Positions 25,901 through 38,665 of a stretch of 64,000 nt of DNA are shown one piece after another. Numbering within the stretch: position 1 is the first letter of the stretch; each line of letters starts with the position of its first letter. Under the pieces are notes generated by a model. That model was given only the letters and a program-made list of their open reading frames with translations. It was not told the DNA's origin and did no database searches. The translations under genes and the position numbers were made by a program. Source of the stretch: Malacoraja senta (lineage: Eukaryota); the NCBI GenBank assembly GCA_038087875.1, contig CM075991.1, forward strand, positions 3,348,001 to 3,412,000. The letters are read 5' to 3'.

Positions 25901-26939
25901 TTCGGAGTGCCGATGGACATTACGTCCGACCGGGAGCCTCGGTTCGCGTCTGAACTGTGGTTGGCCATAGCTCGCCTTATCGGGGTTAACCTGCACCGCA
26001 TCACGGCGTATCATCCGCAGACGAACGGCCTGGTGGAGCGTTTACACCGGCAACTCAAGCTGCCCTGAAGGCTCGGCTCACGGACCCGGACTGGGTCGAC
26101 GCATTGCCGTGGGTTTTGCTGGGTGTCCGCCCCGCGCTCAAAGAGGACTTGGCCACCTCCTCAGCTGAGTTGGTGTATGGGGCCCCGCTGATAGTGCCCA
26201 GTGAGTTCATCCCATCAGAACAGGGCCAGACGGAGCAGCCATCAGACGCCCTGCGACGGCTTCGGGAGACGGTGGGCAAGCTGGCACCGGTGCCGACGTC
26301 TCGCCACGGTTCGTTCAGGCCGCACGTTCCTTCCGCTCTCCTGGACTGCCCCTTTGTTTTCCTGCGTCAGGACGTGCACCGGACGCCCCTTCAGCGGCCG
26401 TACTAAGAACCATTCAAGGTCCTCGAGTATGGCCCTTCCACTTTTGTTTTAGACATGGGGGGGTCGTCGTGAGACGGTCTTCGTTGCACGGCTGAAGCCG
26501 GCACACATGGACATCAGCCAGCCGGTGCTACTTGCGCGGCCTCGCCCTCAGGGTCACCCTCCGTTCCGGCCTATTCCCCAAGTGCCCGCGCCACCACCTA
26601 CGCCTGGCAGTGTGTCTCCGGTTCCTGCGCCCGCCGTGGTGCGCACACGGGCTGGTCGTCCCCTACGTCCCCCTGTCCGTTTCGTGCCTTCGGTTCTGGG
26701 AGCGGGTCCTGTGCCGGTTTCTGAGGAGTAGGCCACTCCCTGGTTCATCCCCCTCGACACTTCATGGACATGTCCGGGGACGGCTCCCAGCTGCGAAGAT
26801 AAAAGCAGGGATTTTTGACGCGAGACCAGTCTTCAGTCTCTCACTGAAGTGGAGAGTAGTGTGCTGTGCTCATTAAAGCCTCTACAGAATTTGCCTGGCT
26901 CCTCGCCTTCAATCCTGGCTCTCTCACGCGCCCGCTACA
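22951..26939 (+). mobile_element. Decayed Ty3/Gypsy LTR retrotransposon (gag-PR-RT-RH-IN) with both LTRs
   Basis: LTRs at 22951-23178 and 26710-26939; gag LKLPTLW..PEIWF.QAEAQF; PR FLVDTGA; RT YLDD; RH VDAS..TDHKPL; IN DIVGPLP..YHPQTNGLVER; purine tract before the 3' LTR. Confidence 0.95.
23180..23197 (+). promoter_or_regulatory. Primer-binding site, tRNA-Trp-like
   Basis: TGGTGACCCTCGAC directly after the 5' LTR; the complement of the vertebrate tRNA-Trp 3' end is TGGTGACCCCGAC. Confidence 0.75.
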
Positions 26940-27192
26940 CTGGTGTTTTTTCAAGTGCCGCAACTTTTTTTTTGTCGCCATTGGATTTTGAAACGTTCAA
27001 ATCTTTTGGCGACCCTGATGTGACGCCGGCAGTCGGCGAAAAAAATCGCCAAGTGGGACAGGCCCTTAAGAGTCAGGAAGTCATGTTGCAACATTATAGA
27101 ACTTCGGTTAGACCCCATTTGTAATATTGTGTCCAGTACTATTCACCCCTTTTTGGGCAGCAAGGTGGCGCTGCGGTAGAGTTGCTGCCTAA

Positions 27193-27787
27193 AAGGCCTG
27201 TCTCACGAGTCTGCGGTCATTGGCGGCGAAACGGGAAGAATCTGCCGCCATAGACCGCGCACTTGTGAGAACGCACAATTCCGGGGCCGTGCGGCGGTGT
27301 TCCCAACACCGCACGGAGCTAAAATAAAACCGACAATGTTGAACTCAACGCACAACCTCCACCAGTGATGCACGAGTGCGGCACGGCCGCCCGCACGGGC
27401 CGCCGCCAGTGTGGCTCGAGCGCCATGCGTCAAACCTCCACTGCCACAGCCTCCGCCAGTGAGGCACGTGCCTCCGCCAGTGAGGCACGTGTGCGGCACA
27501 GCCGCAGGCATAGCCACCGCTACAGCGCCGCGATCAGGATGGCCGCCGCCACAGCCGCCGCTGGTGAGTCACGTGCGGCGGGCCGACGTCATCGCAGTCG
27601 GCCCGCCCTTTTTTTTACTTACCGCAAGCACGTGGGACCCGCCGTGTTTGAATTACTCGGCCCCCGCGCAGCATCCGTGCGGCGCTCCAGTGGATAGGCT
27701 CGGCGCTCTCGCCGTTGCCGTGCGGTCCCCGCTACCGGCGACGCCGCGCTTCACCGCCGATGACCGCAAACAGGTAAGACAGAGCCT
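27193..27787. mobile_element. GC-rich Harbinger-like MITE
   Basis: Imperfect TIRs AAGGCCTGTCTCAC / GTAAGACAGAGCCT, flanked by TAA and TTA; internal 21-bp tandem repeat. Confidence 0.65.
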
Positions 27788-27790
27788 TTA

Positions 27791-28105
27791 AAGCCCTGTC
27801 CCACTTCATTCATTCAAAAGTTCTCCCGAGTTTGCCCTGATTCGAACTCGGAGATTTACGGTAATGGCCGCTTGTGGGTACTCGGGGCTCTCGTGGACAT
27901 TCTTCAACATGTTGAAAAATCTTCACGAGTCTTCCCGAGCTTACCGCGTTTCCCGAGTACCTGCCATTAGTGTTACAAGCCGCTAAGAGACGTCCCCGAG
28001 CTCCGATGTAACCGCTAGGAAACATTCTACGTGCTTCCATGAGTTTGATTATTTTTTTTTACCCGGGAGAGCTCTTGAATGAACTCGTACAGTGGGACAG
28101 GGCTT
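27791..28105. mobile_element. PIF/Harbinger-like MITE, family with CCCTGTCCCAC TIRs
   Basis: TIRs AAGCCCTGTCCCAC / GTGGGACAGGGCTT; TTA on both sides. Confidence 0.8.
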
Positions 28106-28598
28106 TTACAGCGAGTGCTCTGGAGTTCTCCAGAGCGCCGGAGACCCGGGTTCAATCCCAACACCGGGTCCTGTCTGTTCGGAGTTTGTACGTTCTTCCC
28201 GTGACCTGCGTGGGATTACTCCGAGGTCTGCAGTTTCCTCCCGCACTCCAAACACGTACAGATGTGTAGGTTAATAGGCTTGGTAAATGTAAAAATTGTC
28301 CCCAGTGGGTATACGATAGTGTTAATGTGCGGGGATCGCTGGTCAGCGCGGACCCGGTGTGCCGAAAGGGCTAGTTTCCGCACTGCATCTCTAAACTAAA
28401 CTAAACTAAACCATTACAAGATGTGGATAATTGGAGAGGGTGCAGAAGAGGTTTACTCACCCGAAGGGGTGCAGAAAGGACCCACCCGAAACGTTGCCTA
28501 TCGAAGTTCTCCAGAGATACAGCCTGTCTCGCTGTGTTACTCCAGCACTTCTTGTTGTATCTACAGCTCCTATTTCTGCTGCCTAGATCAGAGGGTAT

Positions 28599-28755
28599 TG
28601 TTAGGTATGTGATATCATGAGCATATGTGATGTCTTGTGCAAGTACGCATGCGTAGGGAGACTCAAGGTGGCGTCCTGGAATAAAGAAGCTCGTTAGTTT
28701 ACTCCCATGTCTGAGCCTTATTTTAAGTCTGTTCCAAACACGCAAATACACAACA
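28599..28755 (+). mobile_element. Solo LTR (157 bp)
   Basis: TGTT...AACA termini, internal AATAAA, 5-bp TSD GGTAT at 28594-28598 and 28756-28760. Confidence 0.85.
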
Positions 28756-28767
28756 GGTATTATCTAT

Positions 28768-29785
28768 TGACTAGTGGGGTACCGCAAGGCTCAGTGCTGG
28801 GACCCCAGCTATTTACAATTTATATTAATGAACTGGATGAGGGAATTGAAGGCAACATCTCCAAGTTTGCGGATGACACTAAGCTGGGGGGCAGTGTTAG
28901 CTGTGAGGAGGATGCTAGGAGACTGCAAGGTGACTTGCATAGGCTGGGTGAGTGGGCAAATGTTTGGCAGATGCAGTATAATGTGGATAAATGTGAGGTT
29001 ATCCACTTTGGTGGCAAAAACGGGAAGGCAGACTATTATCTAAATGGTGGCCGATTAGGAAATGGGGAGATGCAGCGAGACCTGGGTGTCATGGTACACC
29101 AGTCATTGAAAGTAGGCATGCAGGTGCAGCAGGCAGTGAAGAAAGCGAATGGGATGTTGGCTTTCATAGAAAGAGGATTTGAGTATAGGAGCAGGGAGGT
29201 TCTACTGCAGTTGTACAGGGTCTTGGTGAGACCACACCTGGAGTATTGCGTACAGTTTTGGTCTCCAAATCTGAGGAAGGACATTATAGCCATAGAGGGA
29301 GTGCAGAGAAGGTTCACCAGACTGATTCCTGGGATGTCAGGACTTTCATATGAAGAAAGACTGGATAGACTTGGCTTATACTCGCTAGAATTTAGGAGAT
29401 TGAGAGGGGATCTTATAGAAACGTACAAAATTCTTATGGGGTTGGACAGGCTACATGCAGGAAGATTGTTCCCGATGTTGGGGAAGTCCAGGACAAGGGG
29501 TCACAGCTTAAGGATAACGGGGAAATCCTTTAAGACCGAGATGAGGAAAAACTTTTTCACACAGAGAGTGGTGAATCTCTGGAACTCTCTGCCACAGAGG
29601 GTAGTTGAGGCCAGTTCATTGGCTATATTTAAGAAGGAGTTAGATGTGGCCCCAGGGGGTATGGAGAGAAGGCAGGTACGGGATACTGAGTTGGATGATC
29701 AGCCATGATCATATTGAATGGCGGTGCAGGCTCGAAGGGCCGAATGGCCTACTCCTGCACCTATTTTCTATGTATCTATGTATCT
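28768..29785 (+). mobile_element. Young CR1 (HER1-like), 5'-truncated; RT and C-terminal region still in one open frame (ORF 28707..29708)
   Basis: [27 protein letters not shown]; (CTATGTAT)n tail. Confidence 0.95.
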
Positions 29786-31194
29786 GTATAAGGAGAGGTT
29801 AGACACATTTTTACTGTTATCTCTCGACATCGCAGGCTGAGGAGAGACCTGAGAGAACTATATAAAATGAGGAGACAGTCAAATCTGTTTTTCCCAGGGT
29901 GGGAATGTCATGGATTACAAAGCATAGCTTTAAGGTGAGTGGGAGAAAGTCGAAAGGACATTGTGCAGGGCATATGTTTTCACACAGAAAGTGGTGGGTG
30001 CTTGGAACGCGCTGCCAAGGGTGGTGGTGGAGATAGAAACGATATTGGCGTTTAAGAGGCTTTTAGACAGGCACATGGACATGCAGGGAATGGAGGAATA
30101 CGAATTACGTGCTGGCAGAGGAGATTAGTTTAACATGGCATCATGCACAGCACGGCCATTTTGGGCCGAATGGCCTGTTCCCGTGCTGTACTATTCTATG
30201 TTCCGTTATGCAACCCTGCTACCCTTGCTTGAATTTTAAATCCTCGCTTGTCTTACCAAAACCCCATGTAAATGTGAACCATTCAACTAAACCTCAAGTC
30301 TGTATGGAGCATTCTCCGCCTGTACGGAGTTTGTACGTTCTCCCCGTGACCTGCGTCTGGGAGCTTCAGTTTCCTCCCACATTCCAAAGACGTACAGGTT
30401 TGTAGGTTAGTTGGCTTGGATATAAATGTCAAATTCTCGCTAGTGTGTGTAGGATAGTGTAATTGTGCGGGGATTGCTGGTCGGCATGGACTCGGTGGGC
30501 CGAAGGGCTTGTTTCCATAACCTAGAGGGCCTGGATCTCTAACCTAAACCAGAACAATCCCAGCTTCTGGTTAATCTGCACAATCACTGCCTGTCAACAT
30601 GGACTTTGAGTAAACTCCTGAGTCTCCCTGACACCGTGACATTTTCTGTAATGCGTGATGCCTAGATTTAAAACAATCCTGCAAGCAGTAATTTGGTAGA
30701 ACATTTAAGTCAATAGAATTGCCTGTCAAACCTCATTTAATTGCAAGGCATGTTTTTTTTTATGTTGGTACATTATATCTCACAGAAACAGTCCAGAACA
30801 ATCAGCTTACTGCTCTAACATTCAATGGCTGCCGTGGTAAATCTGCCAGCTATTCAGGCACAGTCAGATCCCAAATACAGTGACGTAGCTGGTAGAGCAG
30901 CTGCCTCACAGCGACAGCATCCCAGGTTCGATCCTGACCTCGGGTGCTGCCCGCGCAGAGTTTGCATGTTCCCCCTGTGACCGCGTGGGTTTCCTCCGGG
31001 TGCTCCGGTTTCCTCCCACAACCCAAAGACGTGCAGGTTTGAGGTTTTGTAGTTGGCTTCTGTAAAATTGCCACTGGTATGTAGGGAGTGGATGAGAATG
31101 TGGGATAATATAGAACCAATGTGAATGGGTGATCGATGGTTGGCATGGACTCGGCGGGCCGAAGGGCATGTTTCCATTGCTGTATCTATCAACG

Positions 31195-31730
31195 ATTGTG
31201 AGCAATTTTGGTCCCCATGTCTGAGGAAGGATGTGCTGGCTCTGGAGAGGGTCCAGAGGAGGTTTACAAGAATGATCCCAGGAATGAGTGGGTTAACCTA
31301 TGATGAGCGTTTGACGTCACTGGGCCTGTACTCGCCGGAGTTTAGAAGGATGAGGGGGAACCTCATTGAAACATATAGAATAGTGAAAGGCTTGGATAGA
31401 GTGGACGTAGAGAGGATGTTTCCATTCGTGGGAGAGTCTAGAATTAGAGGTCATAGCCTCCGAAATAAAAGCCGTTCTTTTAGGAAGGAGATGAGGAGAA
31501 ATATCTTTAGTCAGAGGGTGGTGAATCTGTGGAATTCTTTGCCACAGAAGGCTGTGGAGGTCAAGTCAGTGGATATTTTTAAGGCAGAGATAGATAGATT
31601 CTTGATTAGTACAGGTTTCAGAGGTTATGGGGAGTAGGGTTAGGAGGGAGAGATAGATCAGCCATGATTGAATGGCGGAATACTTGATGGGCCGAATTGC
31701 CTAATTCTGCTATTCTTTATGACCTTATGA
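31195..31730 (+). mobile_element. CR1 3' fragment, preceded by an HE1 SINE at ~30870-31190
   Basis: QFWSP..LERVQRRFTRMIPG..QRVVNLWNSLP. Confidence 0.88.
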
Positions 31731-32084
31731 ACTAAACTAAACCATGAGAAGGATTAATGGTGAGTGCTTAGCAGGGAGGGAAATGGTGTTCTCCCAGCAG
31801 ACTATGACTTTTGCTTGAAATCGTCCATATCATCTGATGCACATTGTTCCTACAGATATATTTTCAGCTCAATCCATCAGCTAGACGATGGCGTTCCAAC
31901 CACACAACACTCCCTCAGTACGCTGCCTCACAGCAAGGCTCTCATAACCTACTGAAAAGATTCAACCCACTGGCCATGCTGGCTTCTTCCGAAAAATAAA
32001 CACTGTTACCTTTGTTAAGTTTGTTTGAGGTCAGCCTTAACCTTTTGTGCGGCATGGTGGCGCAGCGGTAGAGCTGCTGCCTTA

Positions 32085-32413
32085 AACCCCTGTCCCACGG
32101 TACGAGTTCATTCCAAGAGCTCTCCCGAGTTTGCCCTGATTCGAACTTGGAGATTTACGGTAATGGCCACTCGTCGGTACTCGGGGCTCTCGTGGACATT
32201 TTTCAACATGTTGAAAAATCTTCACGAGTCTTCCCGAGCTTACCTGCCATTAGCGAGTCTTCCCGAGTACCTGCCGTTCACATTACGAGCCGGTAAGAGA
32301 CGTCCCCGAACTCCGACGTACCCGCTACGTTCATTCTCCGTGCTTACCACGAGTTTGATTGTTTTAAACTCGGGAGAGCTCTTGGAATGAACTCGTACCG
32401 TGGGACAGGGCTA
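32085..32413. mobile_element. PIF/Harbinger-like MITE inside an HE1 SINE (~32045-32685)
   Basis: Long TIRs CCCTGTCCCACGGTACGAGTTCATTCCAAGAGCTCTCCCGAG; TTA TSD at 32082-32084 and 32414-32416. Confidence 0.85.
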
Positions 32414-33509
32414 TTACAGCGCCAGGGACCCAGGTTCAATCCTGACCACGGGTGCTGTCAGAACGGAGTTTGTACATTCTCCCTGTGACCGCGTGGGCTT
32501 TCTCCGGGTGCTCCGGTTTCCTCCCACACTCCAAAGACGTGCAGGTTTGTAGGTCAGCCGCTTTGGCAAAGATTATAAATTGTCCCTAGTGTGTAGTGTG
32601 TTAGTGTACGGGTGATCGCTGGTCGGTGCGGACTCGGTAGGCCAAAGAGCCTGCTTCCACGCTGTACCTCTAAACTAACCTAAACATTTCCAATCTCAAC
32701 TCTGGGCTAAATCGCTCTGTAAAGAACATCTATATCGGACACAGGTCTAGTTAAATTATTTGATGGCACTCTTTAATAGAAAACTACAGTGCGCTAATTG
32801 GATAACAAGCATTTAATGAACCTTTTGCATCCTGTGAGCTGATAATGTAATTTGCAACACCATGCTAAAGTCTGGCTGAATCATTGGGACTAGAAGCTCT
32901 AGAAATGGCACATCAAACTGTGTAATCTGTTCCATCTTGACTGGAACATAATTGCACCAAGATAATCTGAAGACACTAAACAGTTTCTGTAGTGTAACTG
33001 CTACTGGATCCGACATTTTATGTAGGGTTTATGCTTTTGCATTCAATTGAGCGATAACACACAGTTGTACAGACCATGAAACATTAAATAGCTGTGGGCT
33101 GGGCAAGTGCCAAGATCTCTGGGTGGATTATTTAAACATATCATGTCAGCCATACAGCAAGAGAATGCTTTGTTCAAACCTTACAACCTTCTCTCTAATT
33201 TGGTTTTGGACCAGTGCCCAGGTGCGAAATGGTTATGGCCACGGATTATTTTAAAAAAAAAACCAGAAGCACTTTGTTTTGTCTTTCATTGGAATTATTT
33301 TTTTCCTCTCAACAACCTTCAGCTGCATCCATGGATATTTTTACTCCTGAGGAACGAGTCGGCAGATTTCTGGATGGACTCGGCAAGATTTAAACAGGCT
33401 TTCTTCTGCTGTGGACTTGTTATTAACTGGCTAGTGGAACTGGCTAAGGCTTAATTAGTCTGAAGAAGGCTCCTGACCCAAAGCGTCACCCAAGGACTTA
33501 GCAAAGACT

Positions 33510-34225
33510 TAGACATAGTAAGGACCTTGATGTAGATGCAGGTGGGTTGGTGATTAGGTTTGCTGAGGACACCAAGGTTGGAGGAGTTGCAGACAGTGAG
33601 GAAGGCTGTCAGAAGATACAGCGGGACATAGATCGGCTGCAGAAATGGGCGGGGAAATGGCGGATGGAGTTTAACCCGAGCAAGTGTGCCGTGTTGCACA
33701 TTGGGAGGTTGAATGTAAGGAGAGAGCATACAGTTAATGGCAAGACCCTAAACAGCATTGACATGCACTGGGATCTTGGTGTCCAAATTCATAGCTCACT
33801 GAGGGTGGCAGCACAAGTAGATAGGGTGGTAAAGAAGGCACATGGTATGCTTGCCTTCATTGTTAGAGGGCATTGAATATACGAGTCAGAAAGTCATGAT
33901 GAGGCTCTATACAACTTTGTTGAGGCTACATTTGGAGTATTGCATGCAGTTCTGGTCACTGCATTATTGGAACGATGTGGAGGCTTTGCAGAGAATGCAG
34001 AGGAGGTTTACCAGAATGCTGCCTGGATTAGAGAGTCTCAGCTACAGGCAGAGGTTGGATAGACTTGGATTGTTTTTCTCTGGAGTGTGGGAGGTTGAGG
34101 GGAAAGCTGATAGTATATAAAATTATGAGAGGCAGAGATAGGGTAGACAGTCAGAACCTTTTTCCCAGGATGGAAATATCAAATACTAGAGGGCATAGAT
34201 ACAAGGTGAAAGGGGCAAAGTGTAA
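33510..34225 (+). mobile_element. Older CR1 RT/C-terminal fragment
   Basis: RFAEDTKVGG..W..KWRMEFNPSKC; LEYCMQFWS. Confidence 0.88.
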
Positions 34226-34441
34226 AGGAGTTTGCACGTTCTCCTCATGACCTGTGTGTGTTTTCTCCAGGTGCTCTGGTTTCCTCGCACGTTCCAAAGA
34301 CGTGGAGGTTTGGACGTTAATTGCCTTCTGTAAATTGTCCCAAGTGTGTAGGATAGTGCTTGTGTACAGGTGATCGCTGGTTGGCACAGACTCGGTGGGC
34401 TGAAGGGCTTCTTTCCACGCTCAGTCTTTGAACTAAAAACA

Positions 34442-34740
34442 GGGGCGGTCACGGTGGCGCAGCGGTAGAGTTGCTGCCTCACAGCGCTTGCAGACCCGGG
34501 TTCGATCCCGACTACGGGTGCTGTCTGTACGGAGTTTGTACATTCTCCCCATGACCGCGTGGGTTTTCTCCGAGATCTTCGGTTTTCCCCCACACTCCAA
34601 AGACGTACAGGTTTGTAGGTTAATTGGCTTGGTGTATGTGTAAATTGTCCCTGGTGTGTGTAGGTTTCGTGTTTATGTGCGAGGGTCGGCGGCGCGGACT
34701 CGGTGCGCCGAAGGGCCTATTTCCGCGCTGTATCTCTAAA
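34442..34740 (+). mobile_element. Complete HE1/V-SINE-type SINE, used as reference copy; about 20 copies or fragments occur in the window
   Basis: Pol III A box TGGCGCAGCGG, B box GGTTCGATCCC, central V-domain (TTCTCCCC.TGACCGCGTGGG..TCCAAAGACGT), CR1-like tail. Confidence 0.88.
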
Positions 34741-36914
34741 GAAGGGTTTCGGCCCGAAACGTTGCCTATTTCCTTCGCTCCATAGATGCTGCTGCACCCG
34801 CTGAGTTTCTCCAGCATTTTTGTGTACCTATGGTCCTAACTACCTTTTCATTGGAGTTAAATATAATGTTATTTTCCTTGGTTAACGTCTCTGTATCCTA
34901 AGATGTTCCAACTGGACTTTTGACTGTTGTACTCTAACTGGACCCATAAACATGAGTGGATTATCAAATCTGTGATCGGAATCTGTGTGTTGAATCTCTA
35001 ATATAGAACTTCTGTTCCAAACAAAATCACACTTTAGCCAATGTCACAAGCTCCAATAATACAAAGCTCTGTGTAGTACTGTCTGTAATCTCTAATCTTC
35101 ACTTTCATCTTTGATAAACATTAGGCTACTCGTCAACATACCAATATTGTCACGTTTTTCTAGAGCTGCACTAAGTTTAACCTGGATGGAAGATGTGAAA
35201 ACAAAAGGAAATATAGAGGTTGATGTTTACCACCACTTCCTCCGGCAGTTCGTTCTATACACAGTATCTACCACCTCATGAGTCATGGGGCCACACAGCA
35301 TGGAAACGGGCCCTTCAGCCCAACTTACCCAAGCCGACCTTTAGTTAGAGGATGGTGAATCAGAAGGCTGTGGAGGCCAAGTCAGTGGATATTTTTAATC
35401 CAGAGATAGATAGATTTTTGATTAGTACAGGGTGTCAGAGGTTATGGAGAGAAGGCAGGAGAATGTGGTTAGGAGGGAGAGATAGATCAGCCATGATTGA
35501 ATGGCGGAGTAGACTTGATGGGGTCGAATGGCCTAATTCTACTCCTATCACTTATAACCTTATGATATTATGACCAAGATGCCCCATGTAAGCTAGGCTC
35601 ATTTGCCCATGTTGGCCTTTATCCCTCTAAACCTTTCTTATTCATATATCATACCTGCTTTTACTATCTCTTTCAATAGGGAAAGAGTGAAGATTCCTTC
35701 CATCAAGATTCCAGCATCTGCAGTTACTTGTCGTAGTCATACAACGTGGAGACAGGCCCTTCGGCCCAACTTGCCCATGCTAACCAAGATGCCCATCCAC
35801 TATAGTCCAATTTGCCCATGTTTGGCACAAATCCCTCTAATTTGTTCCTATAGACAATAGACAATAGGTGCAGGAGTAGGCTATTTGGCCCTTCGACTGT
35901 ATGGACTAGAATTGCAGTAATCCTATTCAAACTGTTGAGATAATGTTATCGCTGAAGTCGCCATGTAACACAATCGTATCACTGGGTACCCCTGCTGACT
36001 ATCTCCCACTATTTCGCTTAGGAAATGCAGTACAGCAGGAGTGCGGGGCTGTTGTCATTTGATAGACACAAACTGCTGGAGTAACTAAGTGGGACAGGCA
36101 GTATCTCTGGAGAGAAGGAATGGGTGACCTTTCGGCTCGAGACCCTTCTTCAGACACTTGATGGTTGAAATAAATAGAACATACAACATGTACAGCTCAG
36201 GAACAGGCCCTTCGGCCCACAATTTCTGTGCCGAACATGATGCCAAGTTAAACTAAACTCTACCTGCACGTGATCCATATCCTCCCATCCCATATCCTTG
36301 TGCCTACATATAAGCCTCTTAAACACTTTTACTGTGTCTGCCTCCACCACCTCCCCTGGTAGCACATTTAAGGCACCCACTACTACTCTCTGTATATGTT
36401 CATAAGTCACAGGAGCAGAATTAGCCCATCAAGTCTATTCTGCCATTCAGCTGATCTATCTTTCCTCCTCCACCCCATTCTCCCGCCTTCTTCCCGCAAA
36501 CTTTGACACCCGTACTAATCAAGAAACTATCAATAATAAAACTTACTCCCGTACATCTCTGTTGAACTTTGCGCCTCTCACCTTAAGCTATGCCCTCTCA
36601 TCTTTGACATGTTCACTCTGGGGGAGAAAGGTTTTGACTCTTTACTCTATTTGTGCCTCTCATGTTTCAATATACTTCTACCAGGTCTCCTCTCAACCTC
36701 CGACGTTCGAGAGAAAACAATCCGTTTGTCCAGAATCTTCTAAGAGGCAATACTTTCTAATCCTGGCAGCATTTCAGCTACAGAACCTCCATTATTAGGA
36801 GCAACGGGTGGTTTAAATGGAGGAGGAGAGACAACTGAACCGGGGAAGGGCTGTGATAAAGAGCAGCAGCACAGAAGAAGTGGGGGCTGGGAACTTGTTT
36901 TTCTTAGCAGGCAT

Positions 36915-37290
36915 TTTAGTTTAGTTTAGTTGATTGTCATGTGTACCAAGACACAATGAAAACCTTTATTTCTTGCTTGCTATCCAGTCAGTGGAAAGAT
37001 TATGCATGATTACAATCAAGGCATGCATTGTGCACAGATACAGAATAAAGGGAATAACATTTAGAGCAAGATAAAGTCCGATTAAAGATAGTCCGAGGGT
37101 CTCCAATGAGGTAGATGCGAGGTCAGGACAGCTCTCCAGTTGGGGATAGGATGATTCAGTTGCCTGATGAGAGCTGGGAAGAAACTGTGCCTGAATTTGG
37201 AGGTGTGTGTTTTCACACATCTGTACCACTGCCTAATGGGAGGGGGCAGAAGAGGGAGACTGGTCCTTGATTATGCTGGTGGTGGCACTT
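36915..37290 (-). mobile_element. Rex1/Babar-like LINE 3' end
   Basis: Minus strand encodes degenerate LPLGS..THTSKFRHSFFPALIRQLN; (AAACT)n tail. Confidence 0.65.
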
Positions 37291-38127
37291 TCACAGTAGA
37301 TCTCTAAATGGACCTCCCATAAAGGTTGAGAGATACATCAAAGCCTTGGTCAGTTGGGAAGTCAAGTAGCTTTCACTCAGAAAAGAGAGCACTTGAGAGG
37401 GCTGCAAGGAACAGCTAATGTATGAAATGCTACGAGGAGTTTTTTTTAACTTTTACTTTTAGTTTGAGAGATACACCATGGAAACTGGCCCTTCGGCCCA
37501 CTGAGTTCATGTTGACATCTAATGGCCCATTCACAGTAATTCTCTAAATGGATTTCTCATAAACTAATGATATAGCCCCAATCTTCCAACCTACCTCTTT
37601 GCGGCCCTTGCAGTTTTTTTATCGGGAACGTTTTTTCACTTTATCTCACGTGACCATAATGAACAGATACCAATACCAGTAGACAATGAAGTAGAATGCT
37701 TTCAGGTTGGGAGGTGCATCCAAGGCCTGATTTATTCCACTTTCTCTGCAACTCCCGAAGCAAGAGGCCAGTTAACCTACAAACCCGCACGTCTTTGGGA
37801 TGTGGGAGGAATGCGGAGCATCCGGCAGAGACCCACGTGGTCGCAGGGAGAACGTGCAAACTCCACAAAGGCAGCATCCGAGGTCAGGATTGGTACCTGG
37901 GTCTCTAGCGCTGTGAGGCAGCAGCTCTACCGCTGCGCCACAGTATCGAGGTGTAGACGAATAGAATATAAGGCCCTGAATAGAAGACCAGGACACTTGG
38001 ATGCCACGGTGGCACAGCGGTAGAAATGCTGCCTTGAAGCGCCAGAGACCCGGGTTCAATCCCGACTGCGGGTGCAGTCTGTATGGAGTTTATATGTACT
38101 CCCCGTGACCGCATGTGTTTTATCCGA

Positions 38128-38665
38128 GATACATAGATACATAGATACATAGAAAATAGGTGCAGGAGTAGGCCATTCGGCCCTTCGAGCCTGCACTGCC
38201 ATTCAATATGATCATGGCTGATCATCCAACTCAGTATCCCGTACCTGCCTTCTCTCCATACCCCCTGATCCCCTTAGCCACAAGGGCCACATCTAACTCC
38301 CTCTTAAATATAGCCAATGAACTGGCCTCAACTACCCTCTGTGGCAGAGAGTTCCAGAGATTCACCACTCTCTGTGTGAAAAAGTTTTTCCTCATCTCGG
38401 TCTTAACGGATTTCCCCCTTATCCTTAAGCTGTGACCCCTTGTCCTGGACTTCCCCAACATCGGGAACAATCTTCCTGCATCTAGCCTGTCCAACCCCAT
38501 AAGAATTTTGTACGTTTCTATAAGATCCCCTCTCAATCTCCTAAATTCAAGCAAGTATAAGCCAAGTCTATCCAGTCTTTCTTCATATGAAAGTCCTGAC
38601 ATCCCAGGAATCAGTCTGGTGAACCTTCTCTGCACTCCCTCTATGGCTATAATATCCTTCCTCAG
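38128..38665 (-). mobile_element. Young CR1 inserted in an HE1 SINE
   Basis: ORF 38231..38737 with CR1 C-terminus; (CTATGTAT)n tail; SINE halves on both sides with GAGAT repeated. Confidence 0.9.

Larger units (their letters stand above)
22878..27066. mobile_element. Harbinger-like MITE split by the Gypsy insertion; itself inserted in an old CR1
   Basis: Right end GTGGGACAGGCCC followed by T-TAA; left half TTCGGCGACTGCC is complementary to right half GGCAGTCGGCGAA; CR1 sequence on both sides. Confidence 0.6.
27155..28410 (+). mobile_element. HE1-type SINE interrupted by two tandem MITEs
   Basis: Head GGTGGCGCTGCGGTAGAGTTGCTGCC at ~27164-27189; resumes CAGCG at 28109; (AAACT)n tail. Confidence 0.85.

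Noticed and set aside
23558..27791. Numerous overlapping GC-rich ORFs on both strands
   Set aside because: Shadow frames of the Gypsy gag-pol and the GC-rich MITE
34442..34520. tRNA-like sequence with A and B boxes
   Set aside because: It is the SINE head, repeated about 20 times, and lacks a full cloverleaf; not a tRNA gene
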